The notes: generated by a model from the sequence alone, not told the origin. Positions 38,325 to 51,180 are shown, numbered from the stretch's first letter. The stretch is 64,000 nt of DNA from Hyaloraphidium curvatum SAG 235-1 (GCA_025558095.1 JAIVFI010000035.1:310001-374000), one strand, 5' to 3'. Translations and numbers: made by a program.

Positions 38325-40338
38325 TTAAGACCAATGATGCTCACTGGTGGCGTCTCCGAAGCGAGAAAGCCGACAAATCTCGCTGAGGCCAGGTAGGCCA
38401 TGCACGTCTGGTGGAAATGTAAGTGAGGATAATCCATGAAAAGGCAATTTGCGGGACCGACATCCGGAAGCCGTCACGATTATGGCTTTGTCCTTGATCA
38501 ACGCCTTGGCCTCAGATTCCACGTCAGCGAGTACGACGTCAGTCGAAGGGAGCACCTTGCGATGCTTGTGCTGGTGGTGATCGGCACCGAGGCTGGCGAA
38601 GGACGTGGTCGAATGCGTGCGCTCCAGACCACGATCGAGCGTCTGAAGCTTGTCTTCCGGTGACGTGTCGTGCACGGCGGCGAGCGTGCGGCAAAAGATC
38701 GGCGTGACTCCGTACAGCAACGCCATGCGAAAGACCGCGGCAGGAGAGCCCGTGGCGGCAATTATCGGCAAATTCGGCCTCGATTTTGATATGAGAGCCG
38801 CCATGTCACCCGTGGTGGTCAGCGTGAGAATCGCTTCAGCCTTGGCCTGGGCGCCGATCGACACGGCACCGTTCGCGATGGCGAAGCGGAAATCCTCAGG
38901 CACGATCGGTTCCGCAGTGTGTCCCCAACCGCTGGAAGGAACTGCATCCACTTGCATGCCTTGCCGATGGTATCTGACCTCCTTCTCCGCCGCGATGCAG
39001 ACGGTCGCCATCACTTGAACCGCAGCGACCGGATACGCGCCCACGGCAGCTTCACCCGACAGCATGATCGCATCGGCCCCGTCAAAAACTGCGTTGGCCA
39101 CGTCTGATACTTCGGCACGAGTGGGGACAGGTGCGTGGATCATGCTCTGCTAAAGCTGTGAGCAAGGACCGTAGACGGGCGCCTAGCCACTTGCCTCCAA
39201 CATCTGCGTCGCCACAATCACTGGTTTCGCCGCTTTGGAGCAAGTAGGGTTGGAATTACACTTTTCTTGGGCGACTTCGTCGTTAGCCTACCTTGGTGTG
39301 CCTTATCTATCAACAACTTTTGGCTTATTGGGACCGATTCGAGCGACAGCTCCACTCCAAGATCGCCTCGGGCCACCATGACGCCATCGGACGCTTCAAG
39401 AATGTGGTCGATGTCTTCCATTCCGCCGGGAGTCTCAATCTTTGAGATAATCATGGGTCTCCACGTCTCCAAGTTGATTCGGAGCAGCCCCGGACTGATT
39501 TCCAAGGTCAAGCTGTCCCCAGAATGATAGTCGTAATGGTCGCTGTCGGCCATCTCGACGGCGCGCAGTTTCTCCATGGCCTTCCTAAGATCCTCGACGT
39601 CCGAACGACGCTGCACGAAGGACATTGCAACAAAGTCCACGCGCCACTTCCAGCAAAACTCGAGATCCCTGAGGTCCTTGTCGGTCACGCAGGAAACGTC
39701 CAGCTTGATGTCGGGTACGTTGATCCCCTTCTTCGACTTGAGGCGCCACGAGTTCTTCATTTCGAGCACGAGCTCGTGGTCACTGATCTTCTCCACCACT
39801 TGCGCCCGCAGATTGCCGTCGTCAAAGAGCACACGTTGGCCCGCTTCCAGCTGGCGGCACACGGGCTCGATCGCGGTCACGATCCTCTCGGAATCCCCGT
39901 GATCCGTGGGATGGTACGCGAGCTTAATTCGCTGCCCGTCCGCGACGTCGATGTATCCCTCGCCGGCGAACGGAGAGGTCCGTATCTTTGGCCCGCACAA
40001 GTCTCCGAGGATGGAGACCGGGATCCCGAGGCTCGCGCTCGTCGCCCGAATGAGCTTAACGACAGGCTCCTGCTCGTACGGGTCGGCGATATGGGAGAAG
40101 TTGATGCGGAAGACGTTGACCCCGGCGAGTATCATCTCCTCGAGTCTCGGCAATCTGGAACAGCCACAGAGAAGGGGATTCGGGGCACACGGTGCCCAGA
40201 AGACGGGAACACGGTCAATGCGGCAGACGATAAGGTCGCGTCATCAGCGGCGCAGGGAAAATGAACCCGGGGCCACACGCACGACGCAGGACCCAGAGTA
40301 GCGACTATCTTGGTCCGTCTTTCAAGGCGGGAGCTCAT
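38325..40338 (-). CDS. pyruvate kinase, multi-exon
   Basis: RRTKIVATLGPAS, FRINFSH, DLCGPKIRT, SKIETPGG, DGVMVARGDLGVE, PTRAEVSDVANAVFDGADAIMLSGE. Confidence 0.93.
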
Positions 40339-40620
40339 TGAGGCCGCCATTTGAATGGAGAGGCCGCCACGTTGACGTCGGATGCGATCCTTCTCGCTGG
40401 CACCGCTGTGACTCTACACCGGTGCGCGAACGGACACTGACCCTAACTTGTGTGGCGGAGGAGGAGGGAGGACGAGAGAAGACGAATGTGGCCTGGTGGA
40501 GGGAGGAGCGAGGACAGGAGCGACTTGGTTTGGGACTGAAGGCCCTATATTGAACAACCTAAACATCGATTCGCCCCGCCCGCCGCCAACTGCACGACTG
40601 TGCATCTGAGGCTTGCGACG

Positions 40621-41625
40621 ATGAAGAGCATCGTTGTTGGCAGCGGAGCGGTGGGCGCCTTCTACGGGTCGCGATTGCACGAGCCGCCCGTGTCTCTCGT
40701 CTCTTGTGTTCTCCGGAGTCATTTCGACGCCGTTCGAGAGCGCGGCGGCTTCAGGATCGAGACCCAGAAGTGGGGTTCGTACGAATTTAGCCCCGAGCAC
40801 CTGTTTCCGGGAACGACGGACGCGTCTTCCACCAAATGGGACTACGTACTCGTGGCGTGCAAAGTCCTGCCCGAGAAGCTGTCGGTTGCGGACCTGGTAG
40901 AGCCCGTCGTCACGCCGGGCCACACGACGCTCGTTCTACTGCAGAATGGGTTGGGCATCGAGCGCGACGTCGCGAGGAGGTTTCCGACCAACACCATCGT
41001 TTCCTGCTGCCTTTATGTGGGATGCACCACCATTTCGCCCGGCGTTGTGCGGCATTTCAACGTCGAGCGGATTGTCATGGGAGTCTACCGCGGCGAGGAC
41101 CTGCACGGCGCGTACACGGTTCCTGCGGATTCGGACGCCAAGATCGCCAGGCTGGCGGACCAGTGGAAGCGCTCCAACACAACCGTGGAGGTCATCCCCG
41201 ACATTTATCCCGCCCGACTGCACAAGAACGCTTGGAACGCGTGTTGGTCCGTGCTTTCAATCCTGAGCGGAGGCATGACGGCGGACGAGCTCGTCGAGGG
41301 CGAGATGCTCGTGCTCTCCCGGCAGATCCTCGAAGAAATCTTTGCGATCGGACACGGACTCCTCGGAGAACGGTTCCCGCCGCCCGGATCCTGGACGATC
41401 GACGAGTATCTCAACGTCACGAAGACCTTGGGACCGTACCGCCCGTCGATGCTCGTCGACTTTGAGGAAGGGCGCGACATGGAGGTCGATGTGATCAGCA
41501 CGGAGCTAGTCCGCATCGCCCGGGAGAAGGGCATCGCGTGTCCCAGGCTGGAGACGACAAATGTGCTCCTCCAGGCCGCAGTCAAAGCCCGCGATTCGAA
41601 ACAAAGACTTGTAAACGGCGAATGA
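40621..41625 (+). CDS. ketopantoate reductase (PanE/ApbA family)
   Basis: GSGAVGAFYG Rossmann motif, LLQNGLG, KNAWN, YRPSMLVDFEEGRDMEVD. Confidence 0.88.
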   Translation: MKSIVVGSGAVGAFYGSRLHEPPVSLVSCVLRSHFDAVRERGGFRIETQKWGSYEFSPEHLFPGTTDASSTKWDYVLVACKVLPEKLSVADLVEPVVTPGHTTLVLLQNGLGIERDVARRFPTNTIVSCCLYVGCTTISPGVVRHFNVERIVMGVYRGEDLHGAYTVPADSDAKIARLADQWKRSNTTVEVIPDIYPARLHKNAWNACWSVLSILSGGMTADELVEGEMLVLSRQILEEIFAIGHGLLGERFPPPGSWTIDEYLNVTKTLGPYRPSMLVDFEEGRDMEVDVISTELVRIAREKGIACPRLETTNVLLQAAVKARDSKQRLVNGE

Positions 41626-41663
41626 ACATAATCAGACAATCCTCAGCTCATCTCCTCTCCCCT

Positions 41664-42055
41664 TCAAGAGCTTTCCTTCTTGAAGTATCCAGGGTATCGG
41701 GCCATCAAGTTCCCGCCCTGAGCCAGGACCCAGTCGCCGACCGAGAGGTACTGGTCGACCGCGTACTTGGCCGTCTCGTTCGGGATGTTCTCGGTGGCGA
41801 TTTCTGGCGCGGAAGAGGTGAGAGGGAGGTGGAGAGGCCGGCACGCTGGAACGCACTGTAGCCGCCCTTTTGCTTGACGCCGGCGAGGATCGCCGAGAAC
41901 GCAATCAGGTCAACGGTGAGAGGAATGATCTTCGTGGTGTTGAACCTGTGCACGCGGACCAGAGAGGGTCACCCAAGTGGAAGTTTCCGCGACAGGGTCA
42001 GATGACGTTCGCAGCGCGTCCTCGCGGCCCCGGCTGCCGGCTCCGCGACTCACAT
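41664..42055 (-). CDS. small DUF1748-like fungal protein
   Basis: Spliced MFNTTKIIPLTVDLIAFSAILAGVKQKGGY-KIATENIPNETAKYAVDQYLSVGDWV; the start codon is split by intron 41946-42053. Confidence 0.7.
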
Positions 42056-42199
42056 CGCTTATGGAGAGTCGAAATGAGAGACGAGGGTCTTGATGGCCGA
42101 AGCAGACCGTTGGCAGCGAGGACGGGAAACGGCTCTTCGATCTTGCGTTGCGCGCTGGCGCTGCCGCGTCGATCATCAAGCCTGCGAACCTGCTGCGAA

Positions 42200-42699
42200 A
42201 TGGCCCCGCCGACGGTCGCGCTCCTGAAGCCCGATTTCGTCGCGAGAGGCGCATCAAATATGCGCCGCGTCATGCTTCTCCTGGAGACGGAGGGATTCGT
42301 CGTGTTGAAGGCCCATCGCGGGATCACATGGAACGCGGCGCAGGCGAGTTCTTTCTACACCCCACACAAGGGAAAATGGTACCTCGATCGTCTCGTCGTG
42401 GGTTGAATCGAGAACCATTGGACTTCCTTTGTCTGACGGATTCATCTCGCGGTGATTTCGGTCGTTGACAATATCATTCACGAACACGCTCAATCCTTCA
42501 GTCCAACATGTCGAGCGGACCTTTCCATGCTCTGCTCCTGGGCCGGAAGGACGCGGAGGACCCCGTGGCTGCCTGGAGATCCCTCTTGGCCAGCGAACTG
42601 AGGCCGCGCTACGGCATCTCGGACACCCGCAACTCGTTCCACGGGTCCAGCGACTACGACGAAGCAAAGCGGGAGGCGGCAATCATTTGGAAGGAGTAA
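42200..42699 (+). CDS. nucleoside diphosphate kinase family, NME6-like
   Basis: TVALLKPD, FYTPHKGKWYLDRLV, MSSGP, YGISDTRNSFHGS (catalytic His retained). Confidence 0.8.
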
Positions 42700-42778
42700 C
42701 AGAGCGACGTTACTCAGCATTCGCTCCCGATCGGCTCGGAGGAAGGGTGATGGCGAAGCTACTCGTGACAGAGCTCTA

Positions 42779-44232
42779 TCATTCCTCGCGATCTGGCTCA
42801 GAATCAGTATCGACGTCCACGCCTTCCACGACTGTTGGCGGCGAATCGGGCGGAACGATGGCGTTCCGGAACTCCGCCCTCGCCTCTCTCGTGTGCTCTG
42901 GGGTGTGATCTGTCTCATCTTTGGGCAACCAGCTCGTCAACCCGTGAAAATCAGCGCGAAGCACATGGGAACCTACAGTCGATATGGACGAAGCAGCGCT
43001 CAATGTGCGGGAGCTCTTCGATCAGGTCTTGCAGACCTTGGGCGATGTCGTGGCTTTCCCGTACGCTCATGTCTCGCGGCAGCACAATGTCGATCTCGGC
43101 GATATAGAGGTTCCCAAGACTGTAGCTGCGGACCGTGTCCACGGCCTCGATCCGCTCGTCGAACGTGAGCGCCAAATAGGTCAGCAGGTTCAGGGCCTCT
43201 GGCTCCGCGGACGCGCCGACCAGCAGCACAATCTGCTCGTACGCCGTGCTTGCCCAGCTCTTTCGGGCAATGGAACGGGAGTGAGCGTGACTAACAGCGG
43301 CCAGGCAGGCGACTGACCTTCAAGATGAAGACCCCGACAAGCAGGCATCCGAGAGGATCCACCCAACCGGCAAGATACACGCCAGCAAGCGCCGTTGCCA
43401 GGCCGAAACCGTTGATAATGAGGTCGTTGCGATGATCTTGGGCAAGCGTCCGCGCGGAAAGGAACTCCGATAGCATGGAGCAATAGACCAGCAGCGCGGT
43501 TTTCGTGACCAACGCGCCGACGATGAAGGCAACAGCAAGAAGGTCCGTCTGCTTGGGTTCCTCCCCCGTCGACATGACGCCCTTTATACCCTCTACAATC
43601 AGCTGGATTGCAACCGTACTCATCAGGGTTGCGAAGACAATCGTCCCGAGAACCTCCAGCCGGGACTTTCCCGTTGGGTAACGTCGCCGATCGACGTGGC
43701 GGGCAGCGGTCCCCGTGGCGAGGAGCACCAAGCTGCTAATCAGGTCCATGAACGCATCCGCCATTGTAGCGAAAAGCGACAGCGATCCCGTGGCCAACGC
43801 GGCGTAGCCTTGACCGAGGAAAAGGAGCGCATTTGCCACGGTAGACGCGTAGACCGCGATCTTGACCCGCGTCTCCTTGCTCATTTCCTCCTTTTCCGGA
43901 TCCTCGAAGTCTTCCGAAGGAGGATTGAGAAACATCTCGATGAGATCGTTCTGGCGCCGGTAGAATGCGCGAACGTCCCTGTTCTTTAGTTGCGCGATGT
44001 CCTCCTCCGATTTGATCTTCGAACGGAGGTGTAGCGGATCGTCCGCGGGTGGGACGAACGGCTGCCGATGCAGCCGAGGCCCAACCGTGACCACGACATC
44101 GTCCGCGATTGCGGCATTGCGAGGATTCAAGGTAGCTGGGGATGCCGGGGTCGACGGAATCGCCTCGTAGGCCATCCTCTTCACGAAAGGGACCTTGGAC
44201 ACGAGCGTGTCCGGGGGGGGAGGGGACGACAT
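42779..44232 (-). CDS. cation diffusion facilitator, Mn-CDF (MTP8/11-like)
   Basis: FYRRQN, DAFMD, YPTGKSRLE, AQDHRND, ESHDIAQGLQ, ERCFVHID. Confidence 0.88.
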
Positions 44233-44352
44233 CACGAGTAATCGCGTCGGAGTCGCCGGCTTGTTTGCTCGCGCGCCGGCCTTGCTGCCAAGATTCTTTC
44301 TCGTTAGCGATCACCACTCGCCATTTAGACTCTGGTGCGCCTCGAATCGAAT

Positions 44353-45871
44353 CTAGTACTCCGTCTCCTTCATCTGACCTAGCGCCGCCTCGATCGCTGT
44401 CGTCGGGACCAAGCTCAGGCGCCGCTCCCGCTCGTCATCGAACTCTTCCGCAACAATGCCCATCAGCTCGTGCTTGGGCTGCCGTGTCAGAAGCATTTTC
44501 ATTCCCTCCTTGAGAGGGAGCCCTTCGAACAGCACGGAGTCTAGGTAACGTGTCAGCTCGCTGAACGCCAGCAACCGACCGCCGAACCTACACAAAGTCG
44601 TGATCATCGGGGCTGTGGGAGCACCAGGTGGTGAGAAATGATTACGGATTGGCTCGACCAGAACCCACCATCAACATCCAATCGCGCGACAAGGTCTTTC
44701 GCGGCCCGAGTCGTCTCCACACCCTCGGCCACGGATCCGAGCGACTTGATGATGTCCTCCAGCTTCTCTCCCTTGCCCAGCCTGAAGCCGACCGTAAAGT
44801 TCCGGCTTTTGTCACTGCAAAACTTGTTGGACGAGTCCGCAAGGTCACCGGCGTCAACCCACCTGCTGCACGTCAGCGACAAGTCGCCCACGCCAGAGAG
44901 ACCCGCAAACGTCAGCGGATCGGCACCGAGCTTCAAGCCGACCCGCGTGATTTCGGCCAAGCCGCGCGTGATGAGCATAGCCCTCGTGTTGCTCTGGAAC
45001 CCAAGGCCTGTTGCGGTTCCAGAACCAATAGCAACCACGTTCTTCAATGCCCCCGTGATCTCCACTCCGATGGTGTCCCTGGTCGTGTACACGCGGAAGT
45101 GGGGAGCGTGGAACAAGGTCTGACACCACACGGCCCGCTTGTAGTTCTCCGACGCCACGGAAACCGCGGTCGGAAAGCGTTGCACGACCTCGACGGCGAA
45201 GCTGGGGCCGCTCAGAAAGGTGGCGTTGCGTGCGTACTCTTCGCCGAGAACCTCCTTGACGATTTCGTTCGGCAACAGGCAGGTGCCGCCTTCAATGCCC
45301 TAAATGGAACAAAGGGGGTCAGAGGCAATCGAGACAGTGCCGGCGCCATGATTACCTTGTTGACAAAGATCAGCAGGTGCTCCGGTCGGATCTTGGGCTT
45401 CACGTCTGTGAGAACCTTCCTCATCACTTGTGTAGGTATTGACGATAGTATAACGGTTGCAGATGCCATCAGCTCGTCCGAAAGTTCAGTGGTGGCCTTC
45501 AAGTTGTCCGAAAGCAGGTACTGTCGCGGAAAGGCTTCAATCCAGGCCGACATCTAAGTGCGAGACTGCCCACGTCGCCGAGATACTTGGAATTGAGGTG
45601 CTTCTCGTTGATCGAGTCCACCACCGCACGATCTCGGCCCCACATGACCACCTCGTTTCCAAGGTCGGCAAGGTGATCCTGAGGTACGCGAATGAGCCAC
45701 AGGGTCCCCTTGGCTGCAGCACGGTCATCTCACAGCAAGGCATGTTCCAAAGTTGCCGTAGCCCAACACCACGACCTTCTCCTTTGCGCCCTGGTGGCTG
45801 TGGGGCACCGGGCGAGGAGCACGGGGCTTCGCACCTCCGGTCGAGGTTGCGGGACCGTCTTCGTCCGCCAT
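44353..45871 (-). CDS. NAD(P)-dependent glycerol-3-phosphate dehydrogenase, GpsA-like, multi-exon
   Basis: VLGYGNFGT, LSGPSFAVEV, GALKNVVAI, TRGLAEI, GLSGVGDL, SRNF, VAEGVET. Confidence 0.9.
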
Positions 45872-46052
45872 CTCCGGCGACCGCTCAGATCGAGTCCCGA
45901 AAGCAACGATGCGCGGTGGAGATTGGCTCGAAGGCCGCGATTCAGGAAGATGGAGCGCGGGAGACGCGAGACCCTGACGCTTGATGTGCGGCGCCGCGCG
46001 CGCGCGCGCCTGCTGAAGTACACGCGCCCGCGACGCGTCGCTGCCGACCGGA

Positions 46053-49000
46053 ATGAGCGCGTCCGGGTCGGGCTTCCTGCGGCGACGCAGGGAGCTCCAG
46101 GACGCGATTCTCAGTCCGGTGGAGGACGACGACGACGAGGTGCCGAGCGACAGCCTCGATTCTCAGTCACAGGCTGAACGGTTCCCCGCGCAGATCATAA
46201 AGAAGCGGCAGAGATGGACCGCACACGAACGCACGTACTCGGACAAGATCATTGCCGGGGTCCTGACGGTCGTGGCCGCCGTTGTGAGGCTCCTCTACAT
46301 CAACCACCCCGTGGGTGCTGGACTTCGGGACTCCCTGCTTCAGTCGTTGACGCTACGTTTCGCGTCAAGAAACAAGTTGTATTCGATGAGGTCGGCAGTC
46401 AGCTCGTTCACGTTCGGGCGGGAGTAACCTCGAGCTGGCCCCGTGCGCTGCTCTTCCGCGGTGCGCTTCTAGGTTCATTTCGGAGGTTTCGCCAACCAGT
46501 ACCTCAAAGGGACCATGCACGTGGACGTGAGGATGTCAGCACCGGGTTATCATTACAGTCCGTTGACGCTTCTGGACAGGTCCACCCGCCCCTAGCCAAG
46601 CTGCTCATTACCTTGGCCGGGTACGCGCGCTTCCCCTTTCCTGAGCCGCTGGGACCGTTGACACCCCTTTCGGCTCTGAAGGTTGCTCGGAGGGTACCAC
46701 GGACAGTTCACTTTCAAGGAGATCGGGATGGACATACCGGACGACGTCCCATACGTCAGCATGCGCCTCCTGGGGGGCATCTGCGGGCTGCTGACGGTTC
46801 CGCTGGCGTTCTTGACGATGAGGGCGTCGGGTCACACTCCGTTGGCCTCGGTTTTGACGGCTGTCTTTGTGCTCTTTGGTGGGATTGCACCTTCCCCCGC
46901 TCAGGGGCTCTTCTGACGGTTGTGGCAGAGAACTCCCACATCACGCAATTCCGGCTGATCCTGCTGGTATGCTTCAGGTGCCTGGATTGTCTTTGCTCGG
47001 CCTGATTGGGACTCGTACGCTGCCAGGACGCCCCGCTGGTGTTCTTCACCGCCCTTTCGATCTACGCGTGGTGCCGCTTCTGGAGCTTCCGCGAGCACCC
47101 GTTCACAAAGTGGTGGTGGTACTGGCTGACGATCACGGGCCTGGGTCTGGGGGCTTCCGTCAGCAGCAAGTGGGTCGGTGGGTGTTCTTGGTGTCCCCAT
47201 TTGAAGGCACAGCTCATGCGGTACAAGGCCTGTTTGTCATTGCTATGATCGGCACTTCGACGGTCAAGGATCTGTGGATGAAGCTGACGGAGCCGACTAT
47301 ACCTCCCGTGGGTGAATTGGTCGGAGCGTTCCACCGGAAGCCAACCCGCACCGTACCAGGCTGTCTTCGCTCGGCATTTCCTCGCCCGAGCGCTTTGCCT
47401 GATTGCTCTGCCCATCACTTTCTACGTCTGCATGTTCGGAATCCACCTGCTCGTGTTGAGGAACGCCGGCAATGCGGCTGGGTTTGTCTCGCCCGAGCTC
47501 GCGGCGACGTTTGATGGCAACACAGTGGTGCGTTCCTCGGGCGCGGGCGTGGATGCTCCAAACCTTCACACTGCATGGGTCGCGCAGATCACGGAAACCA
47601 TGTCAGACGTTATGGTCGGCAGCAAGGTCTTCATCCGGCATGTCGGAACCACGGGCGGCTACCTGCACTCGCACGTCCAGACCTACCCCACCGGCTCCAA
47701 GCAGCAGCAGGTGACGCTGTACCCCTACGGCGACGAGAACAGCTGGTTCCTCGTGGGCCGGCCCCAGGGCGAGACGAGGCCGGCCCCGGACCGGATCCGC
47801 AGCGGCGACACGATCACCCTCCTTCACCTCCCCACCAAGCGGCGGCTCCACAGCCACGACCACCGCCCGCCCATGTCGGACCAGACGTACCAGAACGAGG
47901 TCTCGTGCTACGGCACCGAGACGACCAACGATCCCAACGACCACTGGGTCGTCGAGATCGTCAAGGGCGACCCCGAGGAGCCGCGCAGCTCAGACGAGGT
48001 CATGACCTTCCGCACCCTGTTCAGGCTGCGGCATCGGAACCGGGGTTGCCATCTCTTCAGCCACCCGGTGAAGCTGCCCAAGTGGGGCTTCGAGCAGCAG
48101 GAGGTGACGTGCGGGACGGGGGTGCTCAAGAGCAACACGGTCTGGCGGGTCGAGGCGAGCGAGCATCCCGAATGTGGGTCTCGGCCGTCCCGCGCCGGCT
48201 GCTGGTGCTGACTTGCCGGGATCTGCAGACATGAACGACACGTCGATGAAGGTCACGCTCAAGAGGCCCGGCTTCCTTGCCAAGGTCATGGAGCTGCAGA
48301 GCGTGATGTGGAACGTCAACTCGGGTTCGTGCCTCACAGGCGGACACCGTTCTAGCACTGACCGCTCGATGCAGGCCTGACGTCTACGCACCCGTTCGAC
48401 TCGCGGCCGAGCACGTGGCCCGTCCTTTCCCGCGGCATCAGCTTCTGGTCGGGCAAGGACAAGTACAAGGACATGCAGATCTATCTCATCGGGAACCCGG
48501 TGGTGTGGTTCGCGGGCGGCATCTCCATCGTCGTGGGGCTGGTCGCGCTGCTCGTCTGGACGGTGGCGTCGCGGAGATCGGGGGAGGCGCCGTGGGTCCT
48601 CGCCGACGGTGGGTTTGTGCAGCCGGGGCGCGCTCGGACTTGTCCCTGACAGTCGCCGCGGTCCAGGCGTCCCGTGGACCTACATGAGCTCCTTCATTTT
48701 CTTTGCCCAGGGCTGGGCGCTGCACTGGCTCCCGTTCTTCCTCATGAAGCGCCAGCTCTTCCTCCACCACTACCTCCCCGCCGAGTACGTCTCGATCCTC
48801 GCCTTCGGCGCCCTCTTCGACTTTTGCACCGAGCGCGCGCGCGCCGCCGTCTCGCTCGCCATGGACTCTGCCCGGCTCTCCCCCGGCGCGTGGCGCGCGC
48901 TGCGGTGGGCCTCGCTCCGCGCGGCCCCCCTGCTGGCGGCGGCGCTGGCCACGTGGGCGATGCTGGAGTACTGGCGGTACGCGCCCATCGCGTACGGGTT

Positions 49001-49076
49001 CAGGACGACGCCGGAGAGGTGCGCGGCGATGAGCAAGCTGAGGCCCACGTGGGACTGGAACTGCCCGGCGGCGTGA
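46053..49076 (+). CDS. dolichyl-phosphate-mannose:protein O-mannosyltransferase (PMT family), many introns
   Basis: VVFDE|VHFGGF, DVHPPLAK, SKWVG, MIR domains (GGYLHSH, QQQVTLY, RRLHSH, LPKWGFEQQEV), RQLFLHHYLPA. Confidence 0.92.
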
Positions 49077-49215
49077 GGATGTAGAGGGGGGCTCGTGCAC
49101 GGTGGTGGACGGGTATCGATACCGATTAGACGATGTTGGGGTATCTTGGTCGAGGTACAGGGTATCGTCGAAAGGAGAAGGAGCGTTCTGTCGTCATCTC
49201 GAGGCGAAGGAGCGT

Positions 49216-50122
49216 TCAGTCATCGTCCTCGAAGGCGTCGGCCCCGTCTGCCGGCGTATCCGGCATGTTGCGCGCCGCCGTCGCGAACATTTTGATGATG
49301 CCCGAGACCTGCGGCGGCAGGTGAGGGGATAGAACGATTCGGCAGCGCGGTCAGCCCACCTCGATGTTCCTCGCGAGGTCGCTCGGCGTCCGCCCCTCCG
49401 CGTTCCGCGTCGTCAGCAGATTCAGCAGCGCATCCTTGCTCTGCTTCGCCGCCGCGTGCTCCAGCAGCAGCTCCGCGCACTTCGCCGAGCCGCCCCACGC
49501 GGCCGAGTGCAGCGGCGTGTCCCCCAGCTTGTTCTGCTGGTCCAGCACGGGGTCCTTGGCCAGCAGCATCGACACGCATTCTGCGTGGCCGGCGCGGCAG
49601 GCCCAGTGCAGGGGGACGTTGCTCGCCGAGTCCAGCTCGTTCACCGAGGCGCCGGCGGCGAGCAAATCGGCGAGGAAGGCGGTGTTGCCGCGCTTGGCGG
49701 CCTCGTGGACGGGGAAGTCGATCCGCTGGGTGTTGTCCCCCACGTACTGCGGGTTCAGGGGGCAAGACAGATCGGGTTGCCGGGTGCAGGGCACGAGACA
49801 GGTCGGGTTGCCGGGGTGGGGACGCGTCAGATGGGTTCCGGGGTCTGCGGCGTCGCGCGGGCCCACGTTTGCCGGCACCAGGCCCTTCCTCTCCCCAATC
49901 TGGCAGAGCCACCAGTCGTCGCTCTCCTTGCTCAGCACGCTGCGATGGCCGTGAGGCGCGTCCTCCGGGGCCGGCGGCGGAGGCCCACGTGATCACCTCC
50001 CCGGCGGAGAAGGAGAGCATTCGCTCATCGGTGGGCTCGTAGTCGTACATCGCGACCACGGACATGAGCGACGGCCGCCGCACTGGCCGCCGCGGCGGCG
50101 GGGGTCTCTTCGCGTCGGCCAT
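49216..50122 (-). CDS. OSTF1: osteoclast-stimulating factor 1 homolog (SH3 + ankyrin repeats)
   Basis: PPPP start; SH3 domain (AMYDYEP..LSF..G..DWW..GLVPAN|YV); PVHEAAKRGN, PLHWACRAGH, NKLGDTPLHSAAWGG; acidic end. Confidence 0.88.
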
Positions 50123-50183
50123 CGCACTCAGCGGAGCTGTGGGCGGGCAAGGGGTTTCCCAGAGTAGGACCGGGACAGAGTAG

Positions 50184-51180
50184 TTTCACACACAGCGGGA
50201 CGCGGTTCGGCTCAAGCAGACCGGCAAGCTTGGCCCGGACGAGATTGCTGCTGTACTCGCAATTCACCGAACGACGTATTTCCGTTGGATCCGCCGATGT
50301 GGGGCTCAGACCGTTCCGGACCATCCCCGCAAGGCCTTCCGCAAGGTGTCCGACGAAATGGTCCGGCACGTAGTTGACGAGGCCAAAGCTCGCGTCCGCG
50401 TGACGCAAAGGGAGCTCGCTGCTGACCTGGCGGAAAAGTTTGGCGTTTTGGTGTCGCAGCAGCATATCTCGCGGCTGCTGAAGGCCAACAGGGTCACGAG
50501 GAAGAAGCTCACCATTAAGAGCGCCGAAGCCCTGAAACAACCCGAGCGGCACCGCATGTTCCACGAGAGGGTCACTTCCTTTGATTTGGGGCGCCTAGGT
50601 GCCTTGGACGAGTCCTCATTCCAACTCAACGATCCGGGGCGCTTCGGCTACTCGGAGAAGGGGACTCCCGCCGTCGTATACCTGCCAGGGAACCGGGGCC
50701 CCAAGGTGACCCTTTGCCTCGCCATCTCACCCACTTCGCGACCCGGTAATCACACTGGAAACGTGATCTCGTACCAGATCTACAGCGGCAACATGAACAC
50801 CGAGAGGTTCTGTGCTTTTCTCAAGACTATTCGCGCCGGGGCTTGTGGGTCCGAGTCCCTGGGCGTTATCCTGGACAATGCGGGTTTCCACGGCTCTCCT
50901 CTGCGGGCAAGGAAGACCACGGACGGCACGGCAATAATAAAGAACCTCTCGGGCAAGTCGTTCCTTGCGGTCCAGGCCGTAGCAAAGGCCAACAATCTGA
51001 GCCTCATCTACCTGCGACCGAGATCGCCGGAATTTAACCCGACCGAGTACGTGTTTGCCACGATCAAGAACCTCGTGAGGCGGGACTGCCCCAGGACGGT
51101 GCCGGATCTCGTCCGGTCCATCGAGAGGGCCATTCAAATCGTCGGCCACGGCGATCTGATGGCGACGTTCCGGCACTGCT
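50184..51180 (+). CDS. IS630/Tc1-mariner DDE transposase domain (N-terminal part of a long ORF)
   Basis: HTH EIAAVLAIHRTTYFRWIRR; second HTH TQRELAADLAEKFGVLVSQQHISRLLK; catalytic LDESSF (D 50607), ILDNAGFH (D 50874), SPEFNPTEYVF (E 51045); ends TFRHC with no stop codon. Confidence 0.9.

Noticed and set aside
38325-45871. Metabolic gene cluster (pyruvate kinase, ketopantoate reductase, NDK, G3PDH)
   Set aside because: Unrelated housekeeping pathways in mixed orientations; explained by gene density.
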